Positions 1 through 10,072 are shown, numbered from the stretch's first letter. The stretch is 64,000 bases of DNA from Longimicrobiales bacterium (GCA_965248195.1 CBDFIQ010000001.1:960001-1024000); one strand, 5' to 3'. Notes: generated by a model not told the origin, from the letters alone. Program-made: numbers and translations.

Positions 1-137
1 GCCGAATCCGTGACACGCCCAGCCGACTTCGCGAGAAGGAAGTGAAGAACCGATACGTTGAACGTGACTCCCTTCATGGTCTGGTGCTCAGCCTCCGGTT
101 GGTTCTTCGGCCTCACCCTCGATGCGACGATGCTCAT
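1..137 (-). CDS. 5' part of a gene running off the left edge (possibly a zinc-binding dehydrogenase)
   Basis: Open minus frame from ATG 137 or 77 (MKGVTFNVSVLHFLLAKSAGRVTDS...) to the window edge; divergent from the thiolase. Product is a weak guess. Confidence 0.3.
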   Translation of the reverse strand, partial: MSIVASRVRPKNQPEAEHQTMKGVTFNVSVLHFLLAKSAGRVTDS

Positions 138-320
138 TCGCCTTGCTGGGGGTCCGGAGGGCAGTCTAGCCCCGGGGGATTCGCCTAGCCACCGGAGCGC
201 CGCACGCCACGGCAGTCCCAGCCGCGGATCGCCACCTCGAAAGCGTTACTCGCTCGCAGTCCGTCGTCACGGCACTCCCTCACGGAACCGCGGCCGAAGG
301 CGGTGGGTTACAGGGGGGTC

Positions 321-1706
321 ATGACGAAACGCACCGCCATCATCGCAGGAACCCGCACGCCGTTCGTCCGGTCCGGCACCGTCTTCAAGGACCTTACGGC
401 GATCGACCTGGGTGTGCTCGCGGTGCGTGAGCTCATGGACCGAAGCGGCGTCCGCGGCGAGGACGTGGACCACCTGGTCTACGGGACCGTCGTCCATGAT
501 CCCCACGCCCCCAACATCGCCCGCGAAGTCGGGCTTGCCACCCTGCCCAAGACCGTGCCCGCCGTGACCGTCTCCCGGGCTTGCACCACCGCCAATCAGT
601 CGATCGCGGACGGTGCTAATCTCATAGAGCGGGGCTATGCCGACGTGGTCGTCGCCGGCGGGTCCGAATCGCTCACGCACATTCCGATCACGATCAAGCA
701 GTCCCTTGCGGAAAAACTGATCGGCGTCTCCAAAGCGAAGACGGTCGGCGCGCGATTGGGTACGCTGGCCAAGATCCGTCCCAAGGATTTCATACCCAAC
801 TTCCCGCAGATCGCGGAGCCCACGACGGGCGAAAGCATGGGAGAGTCGGCCGAGCGCATGGCCAAGGAAAACGGCATCAGCCGGGCCGATCAGGACGCGT
901 GGGCGCTTCGCTCGCATCAGCTCGCCGCGGCAGGAACGCAGGACGGGAGGCTTACCGCAGAGATTGGCCCGGTCTACGTGCCTCCGCGTTTCGACACGGT
1001 CGTGGCGACCGACAACGGCATACGGACCGACACTAGCAAGGCGGCCTTGGCCAAGCTGCGCCCCGTTTTCGACCGCAAGCACGGCAGCGTGACGGCGGGC
1101 AACGCCTCGCCGCTCACCGATGGGGGCTCGGCGGTCCTGATGATGTCCGAGGAGCGGGCAAATGCCGATGGCCTCGAGCCGATGGGCTTTGTCCGCAGCT
1201 ATGCGTTCTCGGGTCTCGACCCCGGGGGGCAGCTGCTCCAGGGGCCCGCCTACGCCGCGCCGATGGCGCTGGACCGGGCGGGCATCACCATGGCGGACAT
1301 CGGCCTGATGGAAATGCACGAGGCTTTCGCGGCGCAGGTGCTCTCGAACCTCCAGGCGCTCTCGTCTCAGAAGTTCGCCGAGGAGGAATTGGGCCGAAGC
1401 CAAGCTGTGGGGCACCCCGACGTCGAGCTCATCAACGTGATGGGCGGCTCCATCGCGATCGGCCATCCGTTCGGCGCCACCGGCGCCCGCCTCACGACCA
1501 CGCTGCTGAACGAAATGAAGCGTCGGGACGTGGAGTTGGGGTTGATTACGGTGTACGCCGCTTTAGCTGACGGACGCCACTTCACAGGATCCGGGTGGAC
1601 GCTGGTCCTCGTCTGCCCTACTAGCCCCCCAGTTCCCTTTCCAGCGCCTCGCGATTCTCCCGCCGCCGTTTGCCGTCCTCGAACCTCTCCTTGTCCTCAT
1701 CCGTAA
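321..1706 (+). CDS. fadI: Acetyl-CoA C-acyltransferase (FadI-type thiolase) with an aberrant C-terminus, possible pseudogene
   Basis: RTPF, VSRAC (catalytic Cys), HEAFAAQ and GHPFGATG motifs present; the terminal CAAGG motif is missing and the ORF runs on into the convergent gene. Confidence 0.85.
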   Translation: MTKRTAIIAGTRTPFVRSGTVFKDLTAIDLGVLAVRELMDRSGVRGEDVDHLVYGTVVHDPHAPNIAREVGLATLPKTVPAVTVSRACTTANQSIADGANLIERGYADVVVAGGSESLTHIPITIKQSLAEKLIGVSKAKTVGARLGTLAKIRPKDFIPNFPQIAEPTTGESMGESAERMAKENGISRADQDAWALRSHQLAAAGTQDGRLTAEIGPVYVPPRFDTVVATDNGIRTDTSKAALAKLRPVFDRKHGSVTAGNASPLTDGGSAVLMMSEERANADGLEPMGFVRSYAFSGLDPGGQLLQGPAYAAPMALDRAGITMADIGLMEMHEAFAAQVLSNLQALSSQKFAEEELGRSQAVGHPDVELINVMGGSIAIGHPFGATGARLTTTLLNEMKRRDVELGLITVYAALADGRHFTGSGWTLVLVCPTSPPVPFPAPRDSPAAVCRPRTSPCPHP

Positions 1707-2109
1707 CCAGCTTCAGACCAGGCACCGGCGCCGGGCGGCTGTTCTCGTCGATGGCCACGAAGGTCAGAAAGCAGTCGTTGGTGTTGCGGCGACGGCCTGT
1801 TATCGGATGCTCCGCCACGACGCGGACGCCGATCTCCATCGAGGTGCGGCCGACGTAGTTGACCCGTGCGCTGCACGTCAGGAACTCGCCCGTGTAGATC
1901 GGCTCCTTGAAGTCCACCTGGTTGATCGACACGGTCACACACGGCTGGCGCGAATGGCGCATCGCCGTGACCGCCGCAGCCCGGTCCACCATCGAGAGCA
2001 CAACGCCCCCGAAAACGTGGCCGAGGTTGTTGACGTCGCCCGGCATCATGAGCTCCGCGATCTCCGAGGCGGACTCGTCCGGGCTTTGGGCTTCTCGTTC
2101 TTCAGTCAT
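1621..2109 (-). CDS. Acyl-CoA thioesterase (hot-dog fold, YciA family)
   Basis: MPGDVNNLGHVFGG...VDRAA, VGRTSMEIGV and TFVAIDE motifs; start uncertain (2109/2121). Confidence 0.9.
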   Translation of the reverse strand: MTEEREAQSPDESASEIAELMMPGDVNNLGHVFGGVVLSMVDRAAAVTAMRHSRQPCVTVSINQVDFKEPIYTGEFLTCSARVNYVGRTSMEIGVRVVAEHPITGRRRNTNDCFLTFVAIDENSRPAPVPGLKLVTDEDKERFEDGKRRRENREALERELGG

Positions 2110-2283
2110 CAGCAGGCTCATCCTGGCTCTGGGACTCCCGAATCCAACCCCGCTGTGAAAGGCAAAAGTGAGCACCTCGGGACAGCGGAACCTGGAAAGC
2201 TAAACGGTGAGCCTGGTCCCGGGCCACCCGGTGTTCCGCCTCCCTTGTCCATCGCCACCCACCTCACTAGCGTAGTTCCCCTC

Positions 2284-2958
2284 ATGAAGAATTTCCTTGG
2301 ACCGATTTCGGGCGGCTTCCCTCTCTCGGCCGCCCTCGCAACAGTCGCGGTCGTCGCTGCGCTGCCGGCGAGCGCGCAGGATCCACCGCCGGTCATCGTG
2401 CAGCCGGGCGCGCCCGGCGAGCCGACCCGGACGCTCACAGCCGAGGAGGCAGCCGCCCTCGGGCAACCGGTGCACGTCGACGCGGACGTACGGTTCATGC
2501 AGGGGATGATCCACCACCACGGCCAAGCCCTGGACATGACCGATCTGCTCTCCACCCGGACGGAGAGCGCAGAGATGCGGCTTCTGGCCCGGCGGATTGA
2601 CATCTCTCAAACCGACGAGATAGGGATGATGGAGGGGTGGCTGAAATCTCGGGGCGAAGACACGCCAAGGGTGCGTGACGAGGAATCGACACCCCTCAAT
2701 GACGACCAACTCATGCCCGGAATGCTCAACGAGCGACAGATGGCTGAGTTGGCCTCAGCGACGGGCGAGGCGTTCGACCGCCTTTTCTTGGAGTTCATGA
2801 TCGTCCACCACGAAGGGGCGCTGACCATGGTAAGTGAGCTCTTCTTGGTCTCTCGGGCCGGCCAGGAGCCGGTGATTTTTCAGTTCGCCTCCGACGTCGA
2901 CGCCGACCAGACCGCTGAGATCGGGCGGATGAACACGATGCTGCAGGCTCGGCGATGA
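2284..2958 (+). CDS. DUF305-family secreted protein
   Basis: Signal peptide ending ASA-Q; DVRFMQGMIHHHGQA and FLEFMIVHHEGA ferritin-like repeats. Confidence 0.85.
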   Translation: MKNFLGPISGGFPLSAALATVAVVAALPASAQDPPPVIVQPGAPGEPTRTLTAEEAAALGQPVHVDADVRFMQGMIHHHGQALDMTDLLSTRTESAEMRLLARRIDISQTDEIGMMEGWLKSRGEDTPRVRDEESTPLNDDQLMPGMLNERQMAELASATGEAFDRLFLEFMIVHHEGALTMVSELFLVSRAGQEPVIFQFASDVDADQTAEIGRMNTMLQARR

Positions 2959-3020
2959 CCCGATACGCCACACGCCGATGCCCACTCGCCGGTACCCCAC
3001 ACGCCGATACCCCACACATA
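2957..3020. repeat. Short imperfect tandem repeat (CCCCACACGCCGATA-like, ~4 units)
   Basis: Directly visible between the DUF305 stop and the next start. Confidence 0.7.
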
Positions 3021-3031
3021 AGAGGCTCTGT

Positions 3032-4873
3032 ATGACCCGCAGAAATAATCATGGTTTGACCTCTGGATACACAGCCACGAAAATCCGGTCCACCCTGTCC
3101 TGTCTTCTGCTGGCCGCGGCCGTCTCCTTGGTCGGCGCAACCCTGGCGGCCGCCCAAGATGCTGCGCCGTCCGCTGATCCGCGTGTGGGGCTCGCCCCCG
3201 GTTGGCACGACGCCGCCTCTGCGATCAGCAACGTCGAGCTGTTGGCTTCTGTGCCAAAGGGCGTGGCCTTCGTGAACCCCGATTCGGCATTCGGGAGGGG
3301 GTATTCCAACTCGGACATCGCGTTCACAGCGAACTATGCGATCCAGGGCAACTACCGGGGCTTTCAGATCTACGACATCGAGGACCCGCTCAACCCGACG
3401 CTACGTACCTCGGTCGTGTGCCCCGGGGACCAGGGCGACCCCTCCGTCTACGGCGACCTTCTTTTCATATCGGTGCAGGCCCTGAGCGCGCGGCTCGACT
3501 GCGGAACGCAAGGCGTCGCGGACTCGATCAGCGCCGAACGTTTCAGGGGCGTCCGCATCTTCGACATCAGCGACATCCGGAGTCCTAGACAGGTTGCGGC
3601 TGTGCAAACGTGCCGGGGCTCCCACACGCATACCGTCGTCGAAGATCCCAGAGACGACGAGAACGTCTACATCTACGTGCAGGGCACGGGTTCTGTGCGC
3701 GCCCGCGAAGAGTTGGAGGGTTGCTCGGACCTTGGGGCAGAAGACCCGAACACGTCCTTTTTCCGCATCGAGGTGATCCGGGTGCCCCTCGCTCGGCCCC
3801 AGGATGCCGCGGTGGTGAGCGAGCCTCGCATTTTCACCAACGAGCAGACGGGGGACATCGCCGGCCTGTGGGGCGGCGGTGACCACGGCCCGGGAACCCA
3901 AGCGTCGAGGGAGACCAACCGGTGCCACGACATCACGGCGTATCCCGCGATTGGATTGGCCGCCGGGGCCTGCGGCGGAAACGGCATCCTCCTGGACATC
4001 TCGGATCCGGTGAACCCGTACCGTATCGACGAAGTCGTGGACCCGGGTTTCGCGTCCTGGCACTCGGCGACGTTCAGCAACGACGGCACCAAGGTGATCT
4101 TCACGGACGAGTGGGGCGGGGGTAGTCAACCCCGCTGCCGCGACACGGACCCACTCAATTGGGGCGCAGACGCGATCTTCGATATCGTCGGCCGCAAGCT
4201 TCTCTTCGCAGGTTACTACAAGATGAGCGCCCCCCAGACCGAGGAGGAGAATTGTGTTGCCCACAACGGGTCGCTCATTCCCGTGCCTGGTCGGGACATC
4301 AAGGTCCAGGGCTGGTATCAGGGCGGCATGTCGGTTTTCGATTTCACGGATCCGGCGAACCCCATCGAGATCGCGTACTTCGACCGCGGCCCGGTCACTT
4401 CGGAGCAGCTGGTCTCGGGTGGTTACTGGTCGACCTATTGGTACAACGGCTTCATCTACGGAGCGGAGATCTCCAGGGGCTTCGACGTGTTCCGTCTGGT
4501 ACCCAGTGAGCACCTGAGCCAGAACGAGATCGACGCAGCGGCCGAGGTCCGCATGACCGTGTTCAACACGCAGCACCAGCCCAAGATCGTTTGGGAGCCC
4601 ACGCTCGCCGTGGCACGCGCCTACCTCGACCAACTCATGAGGAGCAACGCCATCCGAGCCGACAGAGCCGTGAGCATCGCGGGCGCCCTGGATCGGTTCG
4701 AGCGGCTGTCAGGGGGACCGGAGCAGGCAGAGCTGTTGGCGCAGCTCCAGCAGACGGCAGCCGATCTGGAGAGCGACTCACGGGTTTCGGTCGCCGGCGA
4801 ACGATCGACCGATCGAAGTCGTATGCGCTTGCTCGCCGCAACGTTGAGAGGCCTGGCCGGCTCGGTGCGTTGA
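3032..4873 (+). CDS. LVIVD-repeat secreted beta-propeller protein
   Basis: Signal peptide; repeated IYDIEDP/IFDISD/LLDISDP/VFDFTDP units; CRGSHTHT, CHD, CVAHNG; adjacent to DUF305. Confidence 0.8.
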   Translation: MTRRNNHGLTSGYTATKIRSTLSCLLLAAAVSLVGATLAAAQDAAPSADPRVGLAPGWHDAASAISNVELLASVPKGVAFVNPDSAFGRGYSNSDIAFTANYAIQGNYRGFQIYDIEDPLNPTLRTSVVCPGDQGDPSVYGDLLFISVQALSARLDCGTQGVADSISAERFRGVRIFDISDIRSPRQVAAVQTCRGSHTHTVVEDPRDDENVYIYVQGTGSVRAREELEGCSDLGAEDPNTSFFRIEVIRVPLARPQDAAVVSEPRIFTNEQTGDIAGLWGGGDHGPGTQASRETNRCHDITAYPAIGLAAGACGGNGILLDISDPVNPYRIDEVVDPGFASWHSATFSNDGTKVIFTDEWGGGSQPRCRDTDPLNWGADAIFDIVGRKLLFAGYYKMSAPQTEEENCVAHNGSLIPVPGRDIKVQGWYQGGMSVFDFTDPANPIEIAYFDRGPVTSEQLVSGGYWSTYWYNGFIYGAEISRGFDVFRLVPSEHLSQNEIDAAAEVRMTVFNTQHQPKIVWEPTLAVARAYLDQLMRSNAIRADRAVSIAGALDRFERLSGGPEQAELLAQLQQTAADLESDSRVSVAGERSTDRSRMRLLAATLRGLAGSVR

Positions 4874-4953
4874 GGGAGGCCTGGCTCGTTGCGTTGAGGG
4901 CCGAGGGTGCACCCCCCGCGGCCTGATCCGAAGAGCCTCCTCCATCTGTCATT

Positions 4954-6474
4954 GTGCAGAAGAACCTGATGCAGCGGATCGGCCTGGTCCTCGGGCCGAT
5001 TCTGTTCATCGTGATCAACTTTCTCGACTTGGAGCCGGGAAACCCGGCCCTCACGCGCATGGCTGCCGTGGCGGCCCTGATGGCCACCTGGTGGATCACC
5101 GAGGCGATTCCGCTCTTCGCGACTGCGCTCCTGCCCCTCGTTCTCTATCCGCTGCTCGGGATCGAGCGCGGGGGAGCCACGGCGCCCATCTACTTCAACA
5201 GCACGATCGTGCTGTTTCTGGGCGGCTTCATGATCGCCCTGACCATGGAGAAGTGGAATCTGCACCGCCGGATCGCGCTCAAGATCATCCGGGCCATCGG
5301 CGGCGGGCCGTCCCGAATCGTGCTGGGCTTCATGGTGGCCGCCGCGTTCCTGTCCATGTGGGTCTCCAATACGGCCACCGCCATCATGATGGTGCCGATC
5401 GGCCTCGCCATCATCCTGGAAATGGAGAAGGACTTCGGAGAGGAGGACACGCACTCCTTTTCGGTGGGCGTCATGCTCGGCATCGCTTATGCGTGCTCGG
5501 TCGGAGGGATTGCGACGCTGGTCGGAACGCCCCCCAACCTCTCGCTGGCCCGGATCTTCGAGATCACGTTCCCCGACGCGCCGCCTCTGGTATTCGGCCA
5601 ATGGATGGTGATGGCGCTACCCATTTCGATCGTCATGTTGGTGATCGCTTGGCTGCTGATCACCAAGGTGTTCTTCCGTGTGCCCGAGCATATCACCGTG
5701 GACCAAGCCGTAGTCGAGGAACAGGCGGAGGCGCTCGGACCGGTGGCCTACGAGGAGAAGGCGGTGCTCGTCGTCTTCGGGCTCACCGCGTTCCTGTGGG
5801 TGTTCCGGTTGCCGCTCCAACTCGGCATCATCACCATACCGGGCTGGTCCCAGCTGCTTCCGTTCCCCGACCTGATCGATGACGGGACCGTCGCCATCGC
5901 CATGGCTGGGCTCCTGTTCCTCATTCCGACTCGGACTGCGGACGCGCCGGCCCCGACCCTGGCTGGCCGGGACATCATCCCGCGCCTGCCGTGGAACATC
6001 GTGCTCCTGTTCGGGGGCGGATTCGCCCTCGCCTACGGCTTCCAGGTCACGGGGCTGTCCATTCTGATCGGCAACGGATTCGCCGGCCTCGCGGGCGTGC
6101 CCCCCTTCGTGCTGATTCTCATGGTCTGCCTGGCGATCACCTTCCTCACCGAATTGACGTCCAATACGGCCACCACGGAGATGATCCTTCCGATCCTGGC
6201 CTCCGTGGCGGTCGCTACGAACGTGCACCCTCTGTTGTTGATGATCCCCGCGACCCTGTCCGCGTCGTGCGCGTTCATGATGCCCGTGGCCACACCGCCC
6301 AACGCCATCGTCTTCGGAAGCGACCGGGTCCGGATTCCGGAGATGGTCAAGATCGGACTCGTGCTGAACCTGGTGGGGGCCCTGGTGATTACCTTCGCGT
6401 TCCTGGTCCTGGGGACCGCGATATTCGGGATCGAGTCGGGGGTGATGCCGGAGTGGGCGGTGTTGGGGGGTTAG
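4954..6474 (+). CDS. SLC13/DASS family Na+:dicarboxylate/sulfate symporter
   Basis: WWITEAIP, SMWVSNTAT, GTPPN, TSNTAT and PVATPPNAIV motifs; many TM segments. Confidence 0.92.
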   Translation: MQKNLMQRIGLVLGPILFIVINFLDLEPGNPALTRMAAVAALMATWWITEAIPLFATALLPLVLYPLLGIERGGATAPIYFNSTIVLFLGGFMIALTMEKWNLHRRIALKIIRAIGGGPSRIVLGFMVAAAFLSMWVSNTATAIMMVPIGLAIILEMEKDFGEEDTHSFSVGVMLGIAYACSVGGIATLVGTPPNLSLARIFEITFPDAPPLVFGQWMVMALPISIVMLVIAWLLITKVFFRVPEHITVDQAVVEEQAEALGPVAYEEKAVLVVFGLTAFLWVFRLPLQLGIITIPGWSQLLPFPDLIDDGTVAIAMAGLLFLIPTRTADAPAPTLAGRDIIPRLPWNIVLLFGGGFALAYGFQVTGLSILIGNGFAGLAGVPPFVLILMVCLAITFLTELTSNTATTEMILPILASVAVATNVHPLLLMIPATLSASCAFMMPVATPPNAIVFGSDRVRIPEMVKIGLVLNLVGALVITFAFLVLGTAIFGIESGVMPEWAVLGG

Positions 6475-6524
6475 CGAAGCCTCTCTGAGGGGTAGCGGGA
6501 ATTTCAATTATCCCCTTTCCCCAA

Positions 6525-6552
6525 TTGACATGCCACACAGCTTCGCTATCGT
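6525..6552 (+). promoter_or_regulatory. Putative sigma70 promoter for the pro operon leader
   Basis: TTGACA (6525-6530), 16 bp spacer, TATCGT (6547-6552), with an AT-rich upstream tract. Confidence 0.55.
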
Positions 6553-6610
6553 CCGTCACACCATTTTCGACCGTTTCGATCTCTTTTTGACCTCTTCGAC
6601 CGGACCGACC

Positions 6611-6706
6611 GTGAACCAGCACGCACGACCGCGACGCCGACCGCGAACCGACCGTCCACTTCCCAGGGAGCGGGCGCGTCCTGTCTTGCGTGGGGAGATT
6701 CGATAG
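6611..6706 (+). CDS. Putative Arg/Pro-rich leader peptide (31 aa)
   Basis: GTG...TAG: MNQHARPRRRPRTDRPLPRERARPVLRGEIR; 11 Arg and 5 Pro; lies between the promoter and a terminator upstream of proC. Confidence 0.5.
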   Translation: MNQHARPRRRPRTDRPLPRERARPVLRGEIR

Positions 6707-6738
6707 AACCGCCTTCGACCCCCGAGACCTGACGTTCG

Positions 6739-6768
6739 CCGGCCCCCATTCCAGGAGCCGGTTTTTTT
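6739..6768 (+). terminator. Intrinsic terminator/attenuator just upstream of proC
   Basis: CCGGCCCC-cattcca-GGAGCCGG stem (one mismatch) followed by T7. Confidence 0.7.
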
Positions 6769-6786
6769 GTTTCCGAGAGGTTTCCG

Positions 6787-7632
6787 ATGTCCGCACAAAA
6801 AGCATCCGAATCATCGTCCGCCACCCTGGCAATTCTGGGTGGCGGGAACCTGGGCCAAGCCCTTGCCCGCGGCCTGGTACGCAGCGGGACGCTGGGGCCC
6901 GATCAGATCCACGTCACCCGCCGGCGTCCAGACGCGCTGGAGGATTTGGCCGCCGAGGGCTTCGGGGTCGGGATCAGTAATCTCGCTGCCATCGAACGGG
7001 GCGGAACGGTTCTGATCGCGGTTCAGCCCCAGCAGATCGCGGATCTGCTCGACGAGATCCGGGACGAGCTCGATCCTGGCCGCCACAAGGTGATCTCCGT
7101 GGTCTCGGGCGTGACCGTCGCCCAGCTTCGGCAGATGATCCCGGCTACGATTCCGGTGGTCCGAGCCATGCCGAACACGGCCGTTTCGATCGGAGAGTCG
7201 ATGACCTGTCTCTCGGCCGATCCCGAAGGGATCGGCGCCCTCGATGAGGCGGAGGCTCTGTTCAAGGGCGTGGGACTCACGCTCCGCATCGAGGACGAGA
7301 TGATGGTCGGAGCCACGGCACTGTGTGCATGCGGCATCGCCTTCTTTCTCCGCTCGGTTCGGGCCGCCTCCCAGGGCGGTATCGAGATCGGCTTCCACCC
7401 CGAAGACGCGCTCTTGCTCGCGGCGCAGACCGCGAGGGGAGCCGCTTCGCTCGCCCTGCGTGACAACCAACATCCGGAGTCGGAAATCGACCGGGTCACG
7501 ACGCCACGAGGCTGTACGATCGCGGGGCTCAACGAGATGGAGCATCAGGGCTTCAGCTCGGCGATGATCAAGGGCTTCGTGCTTTCGGCTCGTAAAGCTG
7601 GTGTGCTCTTCGACGACGGGAACGCTGCGTGA
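6787..7632 (+). CDS. proC: Pyrroline-5-carboxylate reductase
   Basis: ILGGGNLG Rossmann motif, VRAMPNT, VTTPRGCTIAGL. Confidence 0.95.
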   Translation: MSAQKASESSSATLAILGGGNLGQALARGLVRSGTLGPDQIHVTRRRPDALEDLAAEGFGVGISNLAAIERGGTVLIAVQPQQIADLLDEIRDELDPGRHKVISVVSGVTVAQLRQMIPATIPVVRAMPNTAVSIGESMTCLSADPEGIGALDEAEALFKGVGLTLRIEDEMMVGATALCACGIAFFLRSVRAASQGGIEIGFHPEDALLLAAQTARGAASLALRDNQHPESEIDRVTTPRGCTIAGLNEMEHQGFSSAMIKGFVLSARKAGVLFDDGNAA

Positions 7633-8831
7633 CCTCCACGTTGGACGCGGGCCGGGACTTCGGCGAGCTCCCCCGGGTCGTGGTCAAGGTCGGTAGCGGC
7701 ATCATCGCGCCCGCGGGGCGTCTCGATCCGCTCGTCATCGAGCGTATCGCCAGAGACGTTACCGCGCTGCGTAACAAGCGCCTCGAGGTCGTGCTGGTCG
7801 TGTCGGGTGCTGTCGCCGCGGGCTATCTCGGGATGGGAAGGGATCAGCCCCCGACGTCCGTCGTCGAGCGGCAGGCGGCCGCGGCGGTGGGGCAGTATCA
7901 ACTCATGACGATGTTCGCGCAGGAGTTCGAGAAGTGCGACACCGTGGTCGCGCAGCTCCTCATGATGCAGGACGACATCGAGGACCGGCGCAGGTTTCTG
8001 AGCGCCAGGCACACGCTACAGGAGCTCCTGTCGCGTGGCGTCCTTCCGATCATCAACGAGAACGACCCGCTAGCAGACGACGAAGCGAAGATCGGAGACA
8101 ACGACCATCTCGCGGCGCTCGTCACGAGCCTGACCACCGCCGATCTCCTCGTCATCCTGAGCACGGTCCCTGGTGTGCTTCGGTTCGGCGACGACGAGGT
8201 GATCAGCACCATCGAAGTCGGCTCCGAGCTCGACGACCACATCACCGATGACCAGAGCGATACCGGAGTCGGGGGGATGAGGGCCAAGGTTCGGGCGGCG
8301 AGATTGGCGAGTGGCTGGGGCGTCCCCACCGTGATCGCCTCGGGCAAGGAGCCCGGACTCCTCGCCCGCGTCGTGGACGGTGAGGAGGTCGGATCGCTTT
8401 TTGCGCCGGGCAAGAAGCGCCTCACGGAGCGGAAGCGGTGGATCGCCATCCGGACCCGTTCGCGGGGCTCCATCGTGGTGGACGACGGCGCCAAGCAGGC
8501 CCTCCTCGAGCGTGGGGCCAGCCTGCTACCCATCGGCATCGTCGAGGTCGAGGGCGACTTCGGGATCGGCGCGCGGGTCGACCTGCTCGATGGAAGCGGG
8601 GAGGCCTTCGCCGTGGGCCTCGTGTCGTACCCGGCGTCGGAGATTCAGCGCATGAAGGGACGGCAGAGTGGGGATTTCCAGGAAGTGCTCGGGTACAAGT
8701 ACGTGGAGGAGATCGTACACCGAGAGGATCTGGTCTTGCTCGACGTCAAGACCGACGAACGAGAGAGTTCCGACGACCGGGACTACGAGGTCGACCGGGA
8801 TCGCTTGAACAACGGGGAGAAGAGGGGATGA
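7629..8831 (+). CDS. proB: Glutamate 5-kinase with PUA domain
   Basis: VVVKVGS, VVSGAVAAG, PIINEND, GDND, GGMRAK; GTGA overlap with proC. Confidence 0.95.
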   Translation: MTSTLDAGRDFGELPRVVVKVGSGIIAPAGRLDPLVIERIARDVTALRNKRLEVVLVVSGAVAAGYLGMGRDQPPTSVVERQAAAAVGQYQLMTMFAQEFEKCDTVVAQLLMMQDDIEDRRRFLSARHTLQELLSRGVLPIINENDPLADDEAKIGDNDHLAALVTSLTTADLLVILSTVPGVLRFGDDEVISTIEVGSELDDHITDDQSDTGVGGMRAKVRAARLASGWGVPTVIASGKEPGLLARVVDGEEVGSLFAPGKKRLTERKRWIAIRTRSRGSIVVDDGAKQALLERGASLLPIGIVEVEGDFGIGARVDLLDGSGEAFAVGLVSYPASEIQRMKGRQSGDFQEVLGYKYVEEIVHREDLVLLDVKTDERESSDDRDYEVDRDRLNNGEKRG

Positions 8832-10072
8832 GTGAGGTACGGACGGCGGCCGAGGCCGCACGGGACGCCGCACAGCACGTCGCGACGCTGACGACCGAGA
8901 AGAAGAACGACTACCTGCGTGATCTGGCGGGGGCGCTCGTCGCCGCAGAGGAGGACATCCTCCGGGCCAACGCCGCGGACATCGGCCGCGCCGAAGAAGA
9001 CGGACTGTCGACGCCCAAGCTCAAGCGACTCGGGATCACAGCAGAAAGTCTCGGTCAGATGGCCGAGGGGCTGAGGCAGGTCGCGGACCTCGACGACCCG
9101 GTTGCGCAGATCACACGGGACCAGACGCTGGAGAACGGGCTCCGTGTAACGTGCGTGCGCTGTCCGCTCGGTGTCGTGATGATGATTTACGAGTCACGCC
9201 CGAACGTGACGATCGACGCGTTTTCACTCTGCTTCAAGTCGGGCAACGCCTGTATTCTCAAGGGCGGCAAGGAAGCGCAAGAGAGCAACGAAGCGCTCTC
9301 CGAGGTGATCCACGCCACGCTGCGCGAGCACGGCCTGCCGGAGGAGGCACTCGTGCTCGTGGGCCCCGGGGGGCGCGAGGCCGTCGCCGAGCTGCTCACG
9401 TTCGACGACTGCATCGATCTGGTCATCCCGCGCGGCGGTGAGACGCTCATCCGATACGTGAGCGAGAACTCCTCCATTCCGACCGTGCAGCACTTCCACG
9501 GAATCTGCCACGTGTACGTCGACGCCGACGCGAGCCTCGAGCATGCCTTGGAGATTTCGGTCACCGGCAAGACATCGGCGCCGGCCACCTGCAACGCCAC
9601 CGAAGCGGTGCTCGTCCATGAAGACGTAGCGGAGACGTTTTTGCCCGATCTCGTCGCAGGCTACCAAGAGGCGGGCGTCGAGGTCCGAGGAGACGAGGCG
9701 GTGCTCGCCATCGACCCGGATGTGACCGCCGCCGCAGCGGATGATTGGGGCCGGGAATTCCTCGATATGATCGTGGCCGTGAAGGTCGTTCCCGACATGG
9801 ACGCGGCCATCGATCACATCCGCCGCTTCGGCTCCGACCATACCGACACGATCGTCACCGAGAACGCCCAGACGGCTTCGGCGTTTACGGAGCGGGTTCA
9901 GTCGTCATGTACGCTGGTGAACGCATCGACCCGCTTCAACGACGGGTTTCAGCTCGGCATGGGAGCCGAAATCGGGATCAGCACCTCGCGCGTGCACGCG
10001 TATGGGCCGATGGGCCTGGAGGAATTGACCTCGCAACGGTTCGTGGTCGAGGGGGCGGGGCACGTACGCTGA
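8828..10072 (+). CDS. proA: Glutamate-5-semialdehyde dehydrogenase
   Basis: IYESRPNVT, IPRGG, CNATE, NASTRFNDG, GAEIGIST, GPMGL; ATGA overlap with proB. Confidence 0.95.
   Translation: MSEVRTAAEAARDAAQHVATLTTEKKNDYLRDLAGALVAAEEDILRANAADIGRAEEDGLSTPKLKRLGITAESLGQMAEGLRQVADLDDPVAQITRDQTLENGLRVTCVRCPLGVVMMIYESRPNVTIDAFSLCFKSGNACILKGGKEAQESNEALSEVIHATLREHGLPEEALVLVGPGGREAVAELLTFDDCIDLVIPRGGETLIRYVSENSSIPTVQHFHGICHVYVDADASLEHALEISVTGKTSAPATCNATEAVLVHEDVAETFLPDLVAGYQEAGVEVRGDEAVLAIDPDVTAAAADDWGREFLDMIVAVKVVPDMDAAIDHIRRFGSDHTDTIVTENAQTASAFTERVQSSCTLVNASTRFNDGFQLGMGAEIGISTSRVHAYGPMGLEELTSQRFVVEGAGHVR

Noticed and set aside
267..1466. 399-aa antisense ORF over the thiolase
   Set aside because: Typical antisense shadow of a thiolase gene.
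6555..6770. T-box or known riboswitch before proC
   Set aside because: No T-box consensus (AAGGTGGxACC) or recognisable aptamer.
8438..8827. Extended ProA N-terminus
   Set aside because: It overlaps proB; the real start is the ATGA-coupled ATG 8828 with an RBS.
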